From contig CM022666.1 of the NCBI GenBank assembly GCA_012295275.1, positions 13,640,001 to 13,704,000 of the forward strand: a stretch of 64,000 nt of DNA, read 5' to 3'. The DNA comes from Chrysomallon squamiferum (lineage: Eukaryota; Animalia; Mollusca). Both the position numbers and the translations under genes were made by a program. Shown one piece after another: positions 1 to 26,160 of this stretch. The notes under the pieces are model-generated. The model searched no databases, was not told the origin of the DNA, and worked only from the letters and a program-made list of their open reading frames with translations. Position 1 is the first letter of the stretch. Every line of letters starts with the position of its first letter.

Positions 1-3000
1 CACCATTGAGAAAAAGATGAAATCTGCAGAAGGTCGACAGTTCTTGAAGAAAATATTCAAGTGAGTTTTCAGGATTATTTATTTCTTTCAAATTTAAATT
101 TTTGGTACTTGTTATTGAAATATAAATTTTTTTGTTACTTAATATTCAAATTTAAATTTATGTTGTTATTAAAATTTGTTTTATCAGAAATGTATTTAAA
201 AGGCAGTCTAAATCAAATTATTTCCATAACTTCAATATTCCCAGAAGTATGATAATAGACCAACAATTCAGTAGATCTGTGAATCCAATGAATTGTTTTC
301 CAGGTCCAACCACTGTGCTCCTAAACTTGATTTTTCAAAGTGTATTATGGTTGTTATTGAACATATGTCTAAAAAAATAACAAATCAGTCTTATATCACT
401 GTTATTAAGGATTTTTTATTTTATCTCAGTGTTATAATTTGTGTTATATCAAACAGTACAAAACACTTTTGAACAGAAAATGATACACTGACTGAAATAA
501 ACTAACACTATGTTATATTGATGTGATCATTCATTTGTTCTTTGTTAGATTATAAAGAAATATTAAAATGTCTTGTTGTTAAATTGTTTCATGGTTTCAG
601 CCTGTGTGACGACATTGATGACCACAACATCAACGATGTCACCAATTTGTACTCATCCCTGGCAGGCAACTTTGAGGGTGTGGTTCAGTATAACAAAGAT
701 AACAGAGCTTTCGAGGTAAGAGAAATCAAAGCTAGTTTTAAATACAAATTTAATGAGAAATATTTAGATTTTTGACTTTTAGGAATATTTTTAATATTTT
801 GTTATTTGTACATTTTATAATTAAATAGAAAAAAAAATGTTAAAACAAATTTAAAGAAAAATAAGTCAGAAGTATTGAGTAATATTGTGATAAACTGAAA
901 TCTAAATATCAACTCTTTTTTTTATATTAAGGATCTATAAGTTGTGAAACATGAGTAAAATAAATTGAAAAACTGCATTCCTCAGATAGTATATGTGGAT
1001 TTTTTGGTGAAACCCTATTTATGTCAAAATATGTTTAAGTCAAAGCTTACAGAATAGAGCAGTTATGTGTCACAACGATATAACAATATTAACTATTAAC
1101 AAAAATAGTATATATCTATCCATGCAAGACAGTGTGTAAATATTTTATATTTGGGGGGTTTTCCCAGGGTGCTGTGGGAACAAACATCACCATTGACATT
1201 CTCTGTGAAATGATGACCAATGAGAAGCTAGGAGACCCAGTGTCTCGCTATGCTGCGGTCAATGCGATGATGTTGTCCACGTACAGTGAAAAGTGTTTGG
1301 ACTTCTCTTACAAAAAGATGATCAAAGATCTACAGAAAGTTGACTGGAACAGTAGTGCTGCTGTAGGTGGTAAGTTTTAAGTGTATGTACAGGCACAGTC
1401 AAATAGCCTGCACATATAGTTTCATGTCGGTCTTATAGGACTTAACCTTTGCTAATAATAAATTGCAGTTCTAAGGATATGCATATAGTTGCCATTTTGT
1501 TTGTTGTTTGAAACATGCATAAAAATGATTTTACAAAAATTGCTGATAGACTTAATAATGTGGCTATATGCACAGTCTTTTATGCTTCTTTTATGCAGTG
1601 ATGTGTTGAAAAAAGAAGTAATTCATGTGTTCACAATTTACTGTTACTATCAAAGGATAACAGCTAATTTCAGCATTTACCTTTGTAGGTCGACAGTGGA
1701 CATATCAAACTTGTACAGAATTTGCATTTTTTCAGTCAACAGATTTGAAAGATCAGCCATTTGGTCAAACCTTCCCAGTGAAGTAAGTTTACATGTTTTC
1801 TTTAAATTTAATAACTTTTATATATCAGATTTTAACAATATGCTATTTGTAATTGATGCTTGTAAGAGAAATTAATTTTAAGCTTTTTGAGTTTCCAGCC
1901 ATAGAGTATATCCAGTGAAAATGACCAACTAACAAAGTATACATTGGTGCTTGCAATGGATTTGTGATTTGTTTAACTTGCAAATGAGATTAAAAAATCT
2001 TAAAGACTCTTCACATAGAACCAGCTTGTGTGAAAATGGTGTCACACATCAAATCTCTTTCCTAATTCTATGTTTATACAAGCTGAATATATTTTATCCA
2101 AAATGCTTGGGACTGGAACTGATTTTGGATTGTGGAATGTTTTTAATTTTGGAATATAAAGAACTAGCCTGAGAATAGGATCTGTGTTTAAATATGAAAT
2201 ATAAAGAACTAGCCTGAGAATAGGATCTGTGTTTAAATATGAAATCCATTTGTATTTCATGTATTACTTATAAACATAATCTTCAAGTAATGTTATATAA
2301 TATTTTAAAATAATTAGGTAGTGTTATATAATATTTTAAATAATTAGGTGGTTTTATATAATATTTTAAATAATTAGGTGGTTTTATATAATATTTTAAA
2401 TATTTTTTTCTATATTAATAACATTTGTGTTCAGTAAACCATACAAAATCTATAAAATATCACAATATCAGCTGCTCAGAAGTTTTTTATGGACTATGGA
2501 GCTTTTCAGATTTTAGAATCATGGACAAAGGATTCTGAAAATTTATTTATTTGTGTGACTTTATCATGTTCCTTATACACAGCACAATAATAAAAAAACC
2601 CCAAAACAATCAGTTAAGAACTGGTATCTTATCACACTATTTTCCCAACTTGACCAGAGCTCCAGACTTGCCATGGAAATGGCTGTGATAGATGTGGTCG
2701 TTTCTGTAGAAAATTTATAGAAATATTTGTTGATAATTTAGAAATGCACTCTATTTATTTTGCCTATATAGTATATAATCAGAGAAGGTAAATGTAAACA
2801 GAAATAACTTTTTAATTTGTTTTCTTTCCAGTTTTTCAATTCAGCAGTGCAGTGATATTTTTGGTTCAAAGTTTACCAGAGATGTAATAAATAAAGGAAT
2901 TAAGAGAACAAATACAAATTATGGAGCACGGGACATAAAAATCACAAAAGTCGTGTTTCCGAATGGCTCCATTGACCCGTGGCATGCTCTGGGAATAACC

Positions 3001-4664
3001 AAAGACATCAGTACTGAAGCTAAAGCTTTGTACATCAAAGGTAAACATTTATGTTTGGGAATAACCAAAGACATCAGTACTGAAGCTAAAGCTTTGTACA
3101 TCAAAGGTAAACATTTCTGTTTGTTCCTGATCTCACTGTTTAAATAACTGGAGCATGCTCTGGGAATAACCAAAGACATCAGTACTGAAGCTAAAGCTTT
3201 GTACATCAAAGGTAAACATTTCTGTTTGTTCCTGATCTCACTGTTTAAATAACTGGAGCATGCTCTGGGAATAACCAAAGACATCAGTTCTGAAGGGAAT
3301 AACCAAAGACATCAGTACTGAAGCTAAAGCTTTGTACATCAAAGGTAAACATTTCTGTTTGTTCCTGATCTCACTGTTTAAATAACTGGAGCATGCTCTG
3401 GGAATAACAAAAGACATCAGTTCTGAAGCTAAAGCTTTGTACATCAAAGGTAAACATTTCTGTTTGTTCCTGATCTCACTGTTTAAATAACTGGAGCATG
3501 CTCTGGTAATAACAAAAGACATCAGTTCTGAAGCTAAAGCTTTGTACATCAAAGGTAAACATTTCTGTTTGTTCCTGATCTTACTGTTTAAATAACTGGA
3601 GCATGCTCTGGGAATAACCAAAGACATCAGTTCTGAAGCTAAAGCTTTGTACATCAAAGGTAAACATTTCTGTTTGTTCCTGATCTCACTGTTTAAATAA
3701 CTGGAGCATGCTCTGGGAATAACAAAAGACATCAGTTCTGAAGCTAAAGCTTTGTACATCAAAGGTAAACATTTCTGTTTGTTCCTGATCTCACTGTTTA
3801 AATAACTGGAGCATGCTCTGGGAATAACAAAAGACATCAGTTCTGAAGCTAAAGCTTTGTACATCAAAGGTAAACATTTCTGTTTGTTCCTGATCTTACT
3901 GTTTAAATAACAGAAACTGTACAATAATATATAATTCAGAAAACATTTACTGAGCATGATTAATTTCAATTAATAAGAAAGAAAAAAGAAAAGTTATCTT
4001 CCCCTGGTTGTAAAACACTACTATATTTTAATAAGGTGAGTGTTATTGTATTTGTTAAAGTATATTTATGTCTAATCACACTTACAGATAGCTCAAATTA
4101 ATTTCTGTGAATTCCATTGCTTGTCTTATTAGTTCTACCATCCAGTCTTTGTTAATGATAAAATAGGACTATTAAATAATAAGCTCAAATAGATTATCCT
4201 ATATATGATGATTTTGAATTGAAAAGGAGTAGAATAAGGAAGTAAGATCTGTTTATTAATTTGGTTTTTCACAAAGCTATGTATAAAACACGAGTGATTT
4301 GGTTGCCAGATTTTATAGCTGTGCTTTATTGTTAGTAAAGATTGGCATATGATAAGTATACATGTGTTTAGACAATAAATAAATTATGATTTCTTGTAAA
4401 TTTTATAAATTACAATAATATTTAGTTTAAAAAAAAAATAATAACCAAGTTGACACAGTTAGGATTAACATGTATATTTGTATGTTAATGAATATGGTTT
4501 TTTTGTGAGTATGAATTTATTTAGAAAATCAGGGAATCTCTCTCTCTGTTACAGGAACAGCTCATTGTGCAAACATGTACCCAGCTGCAGCATCTGATCC
4601 AGATGAACTTCGACAAGCAAGGAACGAAATTAAGGATTTAATTGGAAAATGGATTAAATCGTGA
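1..4664 (+). CDS. Serine peptidase S28 family (thymus-specific serine protease PRSS16 / K12H4.7-like), 5' truncated by window edge; exons <1-60, 601-715, 1168-1369, 1689-1782, 2832-3040, 4555-4664
   Basis: All introns are GT-AG with matching phases. The spliced product has S28 hallmarks: [57 protein letters not shown] (catalytic Asp) and [10 protein letters not shown] (catalytic His). It ends IGKWIKS* with TGA at 4662-4664. Confidence 0.92.
2115..2275 (+). repeat. Dispersed repeat copy (homologous to 15962-16080) with an internal ~50-bp direct duplication
   Basis: ggaactgattttggattgtggaatg...gcctgagaataggatctgtgtttaaatatgaa aligns by eye with agaactgtttttggattttggaata...gcatgagaacaggatctaagtctaaatatgaa at about 15.97-16.05 kb. 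The unit aatataaagaactagcctgagaataggatctgtgtttaaatatgaaat occurs twice in tandem. Confidence 0.75.
2292..2402. repeat. ~30-bp AT-rich minisatellite, about 4 copies
   Basis: Repeated tatataatattttaaaataattaggt(a/g)gt. Confidence 0.85.
2982..3910 (+). repeat. 105-bp tandem array made of the 3' end of the S28 exon 2832-3040, its splice donor and the start of the intron (9 donor copies)
   Basis: Unit ctggagcatgctctgggaataaccaaagacatcagt(a/t)ctgaagctaaagctttgtacatcaaag|gtaaacatttctgtttgttcctgatctcactgtttaaataa. GT donors lie at 3041, 3107, 3212, 3345, 3450, 3555, 3660, 3765 and 3870. Confidence 0.95.
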
Positions 4665-5464
4665 AAATATTTCAGAATGCAGCCTTTTGATAATACTTGT
4701 ATATACGAAATATTTTTATACTCTAAAGTTAATCCAACCTCATCAGTTTTTGTGTTCATGTTATTTATTTATATTTTTTGTATATTTTATTTCATTCGAC
4801 TTATTTTACTTGTTTACACTAACGGTTTACCTTATACATGTAATAGTGTAGTAAATACCACACAGATATATATATTTATATACAGATATTTTTTATCACA
4901 GTTTTTTAAAGTATATAGTTTTTATTCAGTGATTATTTGAAATTGCCAAAATAAATAAATTGAAATGATACTATAATTAAATTTTCATTTGAATACAGGA
5001 TAAGGTTTAGGAAGAGCCTGAAAGCTGAATATTTCCTCCTTTACACATGTATCACAATAAATATTAGCAAATATTTGTCTTTTTAAGTGTAAAAAAATAA
5101 ATAAAATAAATGTTACTGCATCTTCAGGGATTTTTTTTTACATTTTGATGTATGTAATACTGTCTTATCGTTAAAGTTTCTGTATCATATACTTTATTAT
5201 CATTCATTAATATTTAGTTATGGTGAAAATACCACAATAATTTCAGCTACTTCTTTTCAAGCAGCTAAGTACCATAACATACCAGAAAAATAAATGGTAT
5301 TCAGAATTTTGTTGCTTCATGAAACGATTATTTAGAATAAATAATACACACCCACAGTCATGTAAATATTCTTTTTCTGTGTCTGAATGTAAATAAAATT
5401 TTCATTTTATATTTGATTACTTTGTTCTGATTGTATATGCATAGATACATGGCTTAAGGTGTTT

Positions 5465-5466
<2 letters not shown>

Positions 5467-5513
<47 letters not shown>
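5467..5513. repeat. (CA)n microsatellite
   Basis: Direct reading. Confidence 0.95.
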
Positions 5514-5517
<4 letters not shown>

Positions 5518-5991
5518 AAACACATCTGTGTTTCTATATATATACATATACGTATATAAACATACACATTCATTCATTTATAGCAGATTAAAAAGGTAAA
5601 TTTAAAATTACAAGGAAAAAGTATGCATAGAAATGTATAATTACATATAATAATATGAATATATATGCAGGAAGCACTCAGATTAATCATTATCAAAACA
5701 TAAAGTAAAAACACTAATCATCCATCATCAAAAATAACCCCCCCAAAAACTCAAACAAATTAATAAATGAATAACAACAACAACAACAAAAACAAATAAT
5801 GCAACCCCCCAAAAAGAAAACAATCGACAAACAAAACTAATCAAAATGATACCATTAGGAGCCTGCTTGTGTGTCTAATGTACACGGATATCATCTTCCT
5901 AAAGTGAATAGTCACCCAGGATAGCTCATTTTCAAGTATGAGTAATCCCGTATTAGCCACTCTGAGGTGGGGGGGGGGTGTCTTCACTCAC

Positions 5992-7398
5992 TGTCGTTGC
6001 ATTTAAGGTAAAATACCTGTGTAATAATAATACAAATAATAATAATTTACACCGGTGAGGAATAATTAATAAAGGTTTTGGTTTTCTTTCAATAGCATAT
6101 GACACATAACGATAAGAGTGATTATGATACAAACTTACTATGTAAATTATTTCTAATGTTAGTATTGTTATTCGTAAAGAATACAAACACAGTGTTGCTT
6201 TAAAATAAAATAAAAAAACGAGCATTAAAACTTTTTATTTCATTTAATAATTGTTTACAGAAAATAGTAAAAACAAACAATAATTTTAAAAATCATTTTA
6301 TTTCATTTGCTAATTAATTGTTTACAGAAAATTGTAAAAACAAACAACAAAATGGTTTTAAAAATTGTTTTAATTTCATACTTAATATTTACAGGAAAGA
6401 GTTAACACAAAGAACAAAATGGTTCATAAAAAACATTTTTATTCCACTTCATTTTGTTTACAAGTTTTAGAAGTGTTAGTAAGAAAAACGAAAAGAGTTA
6501 TTTACTAGCAAAAGAAAAAAAGAGACGGAATGGTTTAGAAATAAGTTTAATTCAAATACTTTTGACAAAATCTGTGAGAGAGAGAAAGAAAGAGAGAGAG
6601 GGACTGCAAGATAGGAGATTTTTGTTTTTGTTTTTCTCGTATCTTTTTATTTTCCTTGTTTCTTCTTTTTTTTCTCTTACTAGTTTTTTCCATTCTTTTC
6701 TTTTTTTTCTTTTGTCTCCTTTTCTTGTTTTTCTTCTTATTTTTCTTCTTTCTTGTTATTCTTGTTTCTTCTTTTTTTTTTGGGGGGGGGTTTCTGTTTG
6801 TGAGTCTGCATGAATGTTCGTGTATGTGTGTTTATGGTGCGCTGTAATCTTATTATTCCTAGTCTATTAACTATTAAAGACATTTGTTTTGTGTCGTACA
6901 CGATACAAATAAGTATTCAAATTTGAAAAGATATTAAAATGTTAGAATAACTTTAATAATCAGTTTAACTGGACGCTAATTTAGACGGTTCGCCAAAGTA
7001 ATCATGATCTGAGTATTAAAAAACTTAAAGCCCAGTTTGATAAATACCGATTTCGAAAATTAATTTCCGATCAAGAAACACGGATTTAGTTAGATGAATA
7101 TCCAAAAACTGACTCTTGATATGAAGTTGACCAATGATCTGAAAAATAAATATAATCAGAATTAAATTTAATGTACTCACCGATCGTAGCAGCATATTTC
7201 TGATTATTTTCGAACTTCTCCAAAATCCATGACCTTCCACTTATCCATTGAAACAGAGTGACGTTATTGCAATTGTTGACGTCATATTTACTTAGTCGTG
7301 AAGAATGCGGATTTTCGTCAGACAGACAGACACACAGCCACACACTCAGAAAGAGCTGGGCAGACACAGATGCTTACAGATAGTGAAATTCGGAGAAT
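5992..7398 (-). other. Candidate 5' end of an unannotated spliced transcript: exon 1 about 7398-7181, 25-nt exon 2 at 6016-5992
   Basis: On the minus strand: TATATAAAA (7423-7415), TCATTC initiator-like element near 7398, donor ATCG|gtgagt at 7181/7180, acceptor ttattacacag| at 6017/6016 and donor GACA|gtgagt at 5992/5991. The region is locally CpG-rich. Confidence 0.4.
6240..6440. repeat. Degenerate ~70-bp tandem repeat, about 3 copies
   Basis: Recurring aattgtttacagaaaa(t)agtaaaaacaaacaa...ttttaaaaa. Confidence 0.6.
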
Positions 7399-7423
7399 GA
7401 GATAAATGTGCAAGTTTTATATA
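7259..7423 (-). promoter_or_regulatory. TATA box, initiator-like element and perfect CRE (TGACGTCA at 7277-7284)
   Basis: Motifs read directly. A half-CRE (TGACGTTA) and the palindrome ATTGCAAT are adjacent. Function is inferred. Confidence 0.4.
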
Positions 7424-7882
7424 GCCTACTATGAGATCGTTTCTATGTGTATATTATAAAAAGCAGTTTTCGTTGTTTTATATCACGATATGGTTTAAAC
7501 ATAGACACGCACATGTAATCATGCACTTTCACACAATGTTTTATTTACGATTAATATGTAAACAGCTCCCAGGCTGTTTATTTATTTATTTATTATTATT
7601 ATTAGTAGTAGTAGTAGTAATAGTATTATTATTATTATTATTATTAAACTAGTAACGAATGGAAAGCAGAAAGCGTTCAAGTGAAAAGTGTAATTTTTAA
7701 AGTTTCAGATTTGCTAATGGTTTGAGCATTTTAGTTTGTATCTGCATGATTACTAAAAGTTAGTGAATATCCACGATAACCAGTCGATTTCCAATCAACA
7801 GTTCCACAGACGTGATAACACAGAATTTGGACATGTTTCAGCTGCAGCCAGTGAGTTACCAGTCAAAGATTTGTCTGCGTTC

Positions 7883-7929
<47 letters not shown>

Positions 7930-10900
7930 GTTGTAGCAACAACAGTAAAAACAATAATAACAGTAATACGAACAATAACAAAAAAGATAAAATTACCAAA
8001 CAAATAAGATTGAAATAATCAATTTTTGTTGGTTTCTTTCATAAGGCATAAGGCATAAAATTTAAAAGTTTCAAACGCAGAGTTACTTTGGAGAATTAAT
8101 TAAATAAAAAATTATTGTTGTAATAATTTTGAATTCCTCAGAACTTATGGTGTGTAAGTCACTTACGGTGACTGTTTTTCAAGTTTTCCAGTCTACTTCA
8201 GTACTTGCCACCATTTTGATTTCATTTACAGTTATTATTTTCACCTGCAGTCTGTTAAGTTATAATAATCACTGGTGTATTTTATTTTATTTTCACTGAT
8301 CCAGTATAATGCCTGGGTGTTATGCATGTGTCACATTTTTTTTACCAGTTGTCTGTTAAATTATTTGAATTGATTTTCACATATACAATGGCTTATTAAT
8401 CAAGGCTCAAATATTTGACATTTCATGAACATACCCACATCATAAATGAAAGGTTAAGGAAATACCTAACATTCAAAATGACACAGAAATGATTTAAAAC
8501 ATATAAGCAACAAAATATGTAAGTTATTTCACTTTTTATTAAGTTTATGCAAGAAAAAAAAGCTTTGAAAAGCAACTTGAATGCAAGTTATTTATATATG
8601 TAAATAATATAAAACAGCAAAGAAAATAAACAACAAATGTTCTAGTTGACAAACAATACAGGTCAGAAAGGATACAAAATGTATTGTTCTTCAAATGAAG
8701 ACAACAAAATTTTGATAGTAATACTAGAATATTTCATTTCAAAACAAACCAGTTTTGTAATACAACAATAAATAGAATTCAGAATCGAGGAAATTGTGTG
8801 ACATAATTGTTCAGGTATCCACCAGTAACATGAAATATTTTATTTGTCTAGTAACAAATTTGATGATTATGATTTTATTTCATCAATGGGAAATTAGAAA
8901 ACAAAAATAAAAAAAAATAAAAAAAATAATAATAACAAAAATCACATATAGATATATTATTTCATTTACATGAATAGAATTTGAATAAAACAAAACAAAT
9001 CATAGACAATATGAAGTATAAATTAACAACATAACCAAACTGCATCAGTTAATTTACTGTCAACAAACTCCATCTAACACAGAAGATGTTCTGACCGTAA
9101 TCTGTTAAATTTATTTATAACCAACCTTAATTCATTTATATCTGCTCAAGATAATTTCTTTAAGAAACATTTTATGATTTGTTTTTGTCGGTTTTTGTCC
9201 AAAAAAAAAGAAATAAATTTGTTGTTCATACCAAAATGTTCAGTGAAAATTCTACTAATTCTTTACCTGCTAAATCAGAAAATAAAACACACAGTTAATT
9301 CATCCAGTTTTACAATTATTAATGTTATAGGTAAGTAATGTAGAAAATTCTTAGGCAAGCACACTGATAAATAACTGAGTTAATAATAATTAAATATAAA
9401 ATGAAAAGTTGTTTAATACAGAACTATCAATAAGTATCAAAGAACAATATCTTTAAAAAACAAAACAAAAGCAGCAGTAGTAATAATAATAATAAATAAA
9501 AATAATTATAACAGTAAACAAAAATCCCAAAGCAGAAAACAAAACAACTTTATTCTACTTTCCTACATCAATTAATTACAATCAAACAGAAGAATTTAGA
9601 AAATATATTGTAGCCACTGGTGCTATGGGGTTTTATACCTAAAAGCAAAGTAATAAATAATTTTAACAGAAAATTTAAATCTCAAAATTACAGTACAAAT
9701 AATATTTAAAATAAATTACTTTTTAAGCTTAAAATATTTTGAAGAGCAAAAAAAAAATAAAAAAAAAATATCTAACAGAAATAATGCTAACTGAATGATT
9801 ATAAACTAAAGCTATTTCTGAATAGAAAATATTATTGCTATTTCTGAATGGAAATTATTATTTCATTTGCACCCACAAGAATATGAAATTATATTTTATT
9901 TAATCCTTGAGATATTAGTAAGCTTTTCAGCTTCATTTTACACTCATTTACATCCAATCATCAGAAGAAAAAAAAAAAGGAAAAAGAAAGGGAAAAAATG
10001 AAACACGCCACCCCTGTTAAAGAAAATATTAAAATCCTCATCTATACAAGCCTTCTGATAAATCAGGGTCTAGCACTGTCCACCAGTCAAATCTAGACTG
10101 TTGCTAAGTTAACAATAAACTATTCAATTTGTACATTTATTTATCAAAAGATTTCAGCTGAACTTACAAAAACTCAGGGCTTTGATAATAAACCCATAAC
10201 CAGCAATATCTTTATCTTCTATGCTGGCTATTTTTTCTCACAACAGCTCTTCATATTTGTTCTGGGTGATTGAAAATTCATTTAGAAATGTTCTCAATTC
10301 TGAAATAAACCCTGTTACCAGCTTCTTAAGTACACACTATTATTTAAAAACAAAACAAAAACAATAAACAAAGCATCCAATGTTAGTATCTCAAAATCAG
10401 AAATTTGTTTTTTTATTGTTGCACAGAAAACAAATTTACCATAATCTAGTAATTCAAAGCAATTACTTTTTGTCCTAAAAATCTGAAGTACAAGAATTGG
10501 TGTATCCATGTTCATACTGCATACAGGTTAAAATGAATTACAAAAATAATTATTAAAAATTTACAATATTCATACATTTTCTCACTCAGTAAAAATTTAC
10601 AGTTTTGTGTTTATAATTATCAGCCAAAATAACCCTATATTTTTGTATTAATAAATAAAAAAAAGTGTTATAACTGAATTTCATAATAATAAGCCCATCT
10701 TGTGTATATATTCTGATCTAGAGAAAGTTTGCTAGCATGCATGAATCCTATTTTCACCAGCCAGTATTTAAAAAAAATAATTTGATCAAACAGAAAGTTA
10801 ATATACCCTACCCATTTCATCAGATAAATATAAATATCTAAGTTTATATTTTTGGTGAAATTCTTCTACATTTTTTTTTGAGCAAATTTTAAAATAGACA

Positions 10901-11483
10901 TTTTTTTTTTTTTTTTTTTTTTTTTCCAAACTGCTAATTTGTCATTTATATTATTTACATGCTGGTGACATCAGTAATTATTGCTAATCATGTTAAACAC
11001 AAATACCATGATCTAAATATTCAGTAAATAAAACAGTTATTTACTTTGTTTTGGCCTTTACTAAATTGCTGGTTTGACATCTGCTGATTTATCATCAAAT
11101 TAACTTCATTTTCGCTGCTACTATAAAAACTATTTTTTAATGAAAACAAAATTTAATTAATACTGAGAAAGGCAAGTTTTGACCAGTTTCTTGATAAAAC
11201 AAAAACATTTAAATAATTATTTATTTACTTACTAATTAGTTCAGCCAACAAAAGAAAAATAATATTCAAAACTGTTTGTTTATTGTCAGTGCAGTAAAAT
11301 ATTAAAGAAACCAAAAAACAAACGTGCAATTTTGATAATGATATCAACATTTACGTGTCGAAAGTTAGCAAATCTTTTTTAACTGAAAATATTTTTTAGT
11401 ATAACAATTTATCTTGATGAATATCTTTTCCTGAAAGTCTGAAAAATGTAAAGTTTTATGCTGACACAAATGGAAAGCTAATT

Positions 11484-23711
<12,228 letters not shown>

Positions 23712-24084
23712 TTCCAAATTACCTGTTAGAAAAAGGAAATGAATAAACATAAATATTTTTTGTTTGTTTTCTTATCTTCTGCTGTTTTTTAAATTTCCAT
23801 ACTTTATAATCACACTGCAGTTACATAAAACAGGGACAATGAATTTTAAAACAGAATTAATGAGTTTATATTTGGATGAACAAGAAACAAAACTATGTTT
23901 ACAAATTACATATAAAACACAGGGCTAACTTAACAAAACAAACTTCTAAAACTATGGAATGTATGTATATATATATATATATGAGTATGGATATTATCTC
24001 TTGTATAAAATGTAAATATTATTAAACATAAACACATAAACAAGTGGAGGGAAAGAGACAGAATGACAGCAATAAACAAAATAA

Positions 24085-24116
<32 letters not shown>

Positions 24117-24780
24117 TCCTTGCTCTCATTATATATGCAAGTTCTGATGATTTAAATACCCAAAAGATGTTTAGGTAATCAAAGTACAAATTAGATGGTT
24201 ATGTCTTAAGTGGCTTTCATAGCAATGTACAAAAGTAACAAATTTCAGTTAAGTGATTAACTCCAGTGAATTCACTCAGTGCTAGGTGGGAAAGTGAATC
24301 AGTGCTAATTGGAATGTCTCCTCATACTGTATCCAAAATGATTTCCACAAAACAATACACATATACTCACTTCTGTAACTGACAGTAATAAATATATTAA
24401 TAATTATCACCTAAAGATTACTCAGATTTAATTCTACTGAAAATACTGACAACAAAATTATGAAATACTTTTATATCTGCTTTGTGAAAGTTTTGATAAT
24501 CTGCAATGTGACATGGATCAAAATAATTATAAAAATCACATATTGTATTAATTCTTATATTTATTCTTTTAATTTTTTTTTTTTAAATTATAATGTATTT
24601 GATGTGATGAAACAGTCTTTGTCTTTTTCATTAGTAGATAATCAGTCATGATATGAAAATTCACAGTGGTTCAAGAGCCTGAATTGTATTAGTTTAAAAA
24701 CTGAAGACAGTTCACCAACTAAAGTGACATGCAAACACAAAACAAGATCTCGCAGATTAACTGAGATAAGTTTATCTCAC

Positions 24781-24833
24781 CTGCATGTAGCATCAGGCTC
24801 ATGGGCTGAAAGTCAATCATGAAGTGGCAACAT
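24781..24833 (-). other. Probable upstream USP exon (5'UTR, or N-terminal extension MIDFQPMSLMLHAG)
   Basis: ttttgtcacag| acceptor and GCAG|gtgaga donor. It is open and in frame with the exon starting at 23722 (G|GT AAT TTG GAA ATG). Confidence 0.55.
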
Positions 24834-25049
24834 CTGTGACAAAATTGACATTAAATTTGAAGGTATAAATAGTTACTATTACAATAAGTAGTTCTAGCAA
24901 ATATAAAACTAAATTGAAATCATAACTGTGTATTCTGTAATTTGATGGAAAAGTATACTGATCTCTACAGATAAGTTATGTAACACATTCTAACAATCAT
25001 GATGATTAATCGATCTTGACATTGACAACCATGGCACTATCATGTGACT

Positions 25050-25913
25050 ATGCAACCACCAATGCACTTAATGACTTAACAACTATTTTGACGTTGTTTG
25101 TTACAAATACAAGGGTGCTTATTTTCATGTCATTTACTTGATATTCGTTGTTTTAAACAAAACAAATTTCAATTTATCTTCACTCAAACGATCAGAAAAA
25201 AACTCAATATGATCTTGAGTAATTATGTAATACATTCTTCCTGAAATAACCCAAAACGAAAGTTGAGTAAATTCTTTTCGTTCACTGGGTTTAGATCAAT
25301 CTAATATTCTGCCTCAGGGTGTATTGCACTGTATCAGATTACATTTTACGACTACGGTGATGAATGGCCTAATATAGATATCATATATATACCTACTTAA
25401 TCCCCGACCAGTTTAAATTCTGTATAATGTTTCTATTTGACTTTTATTTGTCTTGACAGGTGTTTCCCAAATCAGTATTTCTTTCTTCTTCTGCACCTGC
25501 GCAGAAATAGTTTTATCCACTCACATTTCCGGGAATTATTTGTGTTATTATTATTTCTTTCGACCTTTGATATTTAGCGCACTACATTACCAAACCGTAC
25601 CTTCGTTTGTGTGTATATTTGATGATATGTATGTATGTATGTATCTATGAATGTATATATGTATGAATATATGTATTTGTATTTCTTGACCTAGAGCAGC
25701 ATGTATCATAATCATTATGTCTCTACGTATTATGTATAGATGTATATATTGTTTTTGTGTGTGTGTGTGTGTGTGTGTGACTATATGAGTGTGCACACGT
25801 ATCTATATGTATGTGTACGTGTGTGCTTAGACGTTGACAAAATAAAACAGTATTCAAAAAGTATATATGTTAAAATCTAATTTTGGTAAATGAAAATTTT
25901 ATGCATGATAAAA

Positions 25914-25961
<48 letters not shown>

Positions 25962-26160
25962 AAAAAATAAATAAAAAAAAAAAAAACTTTAGGTATTACA
26001 AGAGAAACAAAAAGAAATAAATAAAAAAATGGATTAAAAGCACAGTGAAAGGCCACGGACATGTAACCACAATTTGGCCCTTGTACAGAATTACGGGAAC
26101 AGAAACGTTTACCAAGAGAGATAACTCTAATATATCATTGCCTTTTGCATGTAATGTCAA
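25050..26160. promoter_or_regulatory. Putative bidirectional promoter region shared by the USP gene and PARL
   Basis: The genes are head-to-head and CpGs reappear locally. There is an ETS-like CCGGAA followed by a minus-strand gtgagt donor near 25520-25532. Confidence 0.5.

Noticed and set aside
3148-3910. Repeat units as cassette exons or as a CRISPR-like array
   Set aside because: The units are contiguous with no unique spacers and the context is eukaryotic. Candidate exons would be 58 nt (frame-breaking) with 47-nt introns and a poor GAG acceptor.
3238-3969. 243-aa minus-strand ORF with 35-aa repeats
   Set aside because: It is a by-product of the 105-bp (multiple of 3) repeat lacking stops in one antisense frame, and has no independent coding signal.
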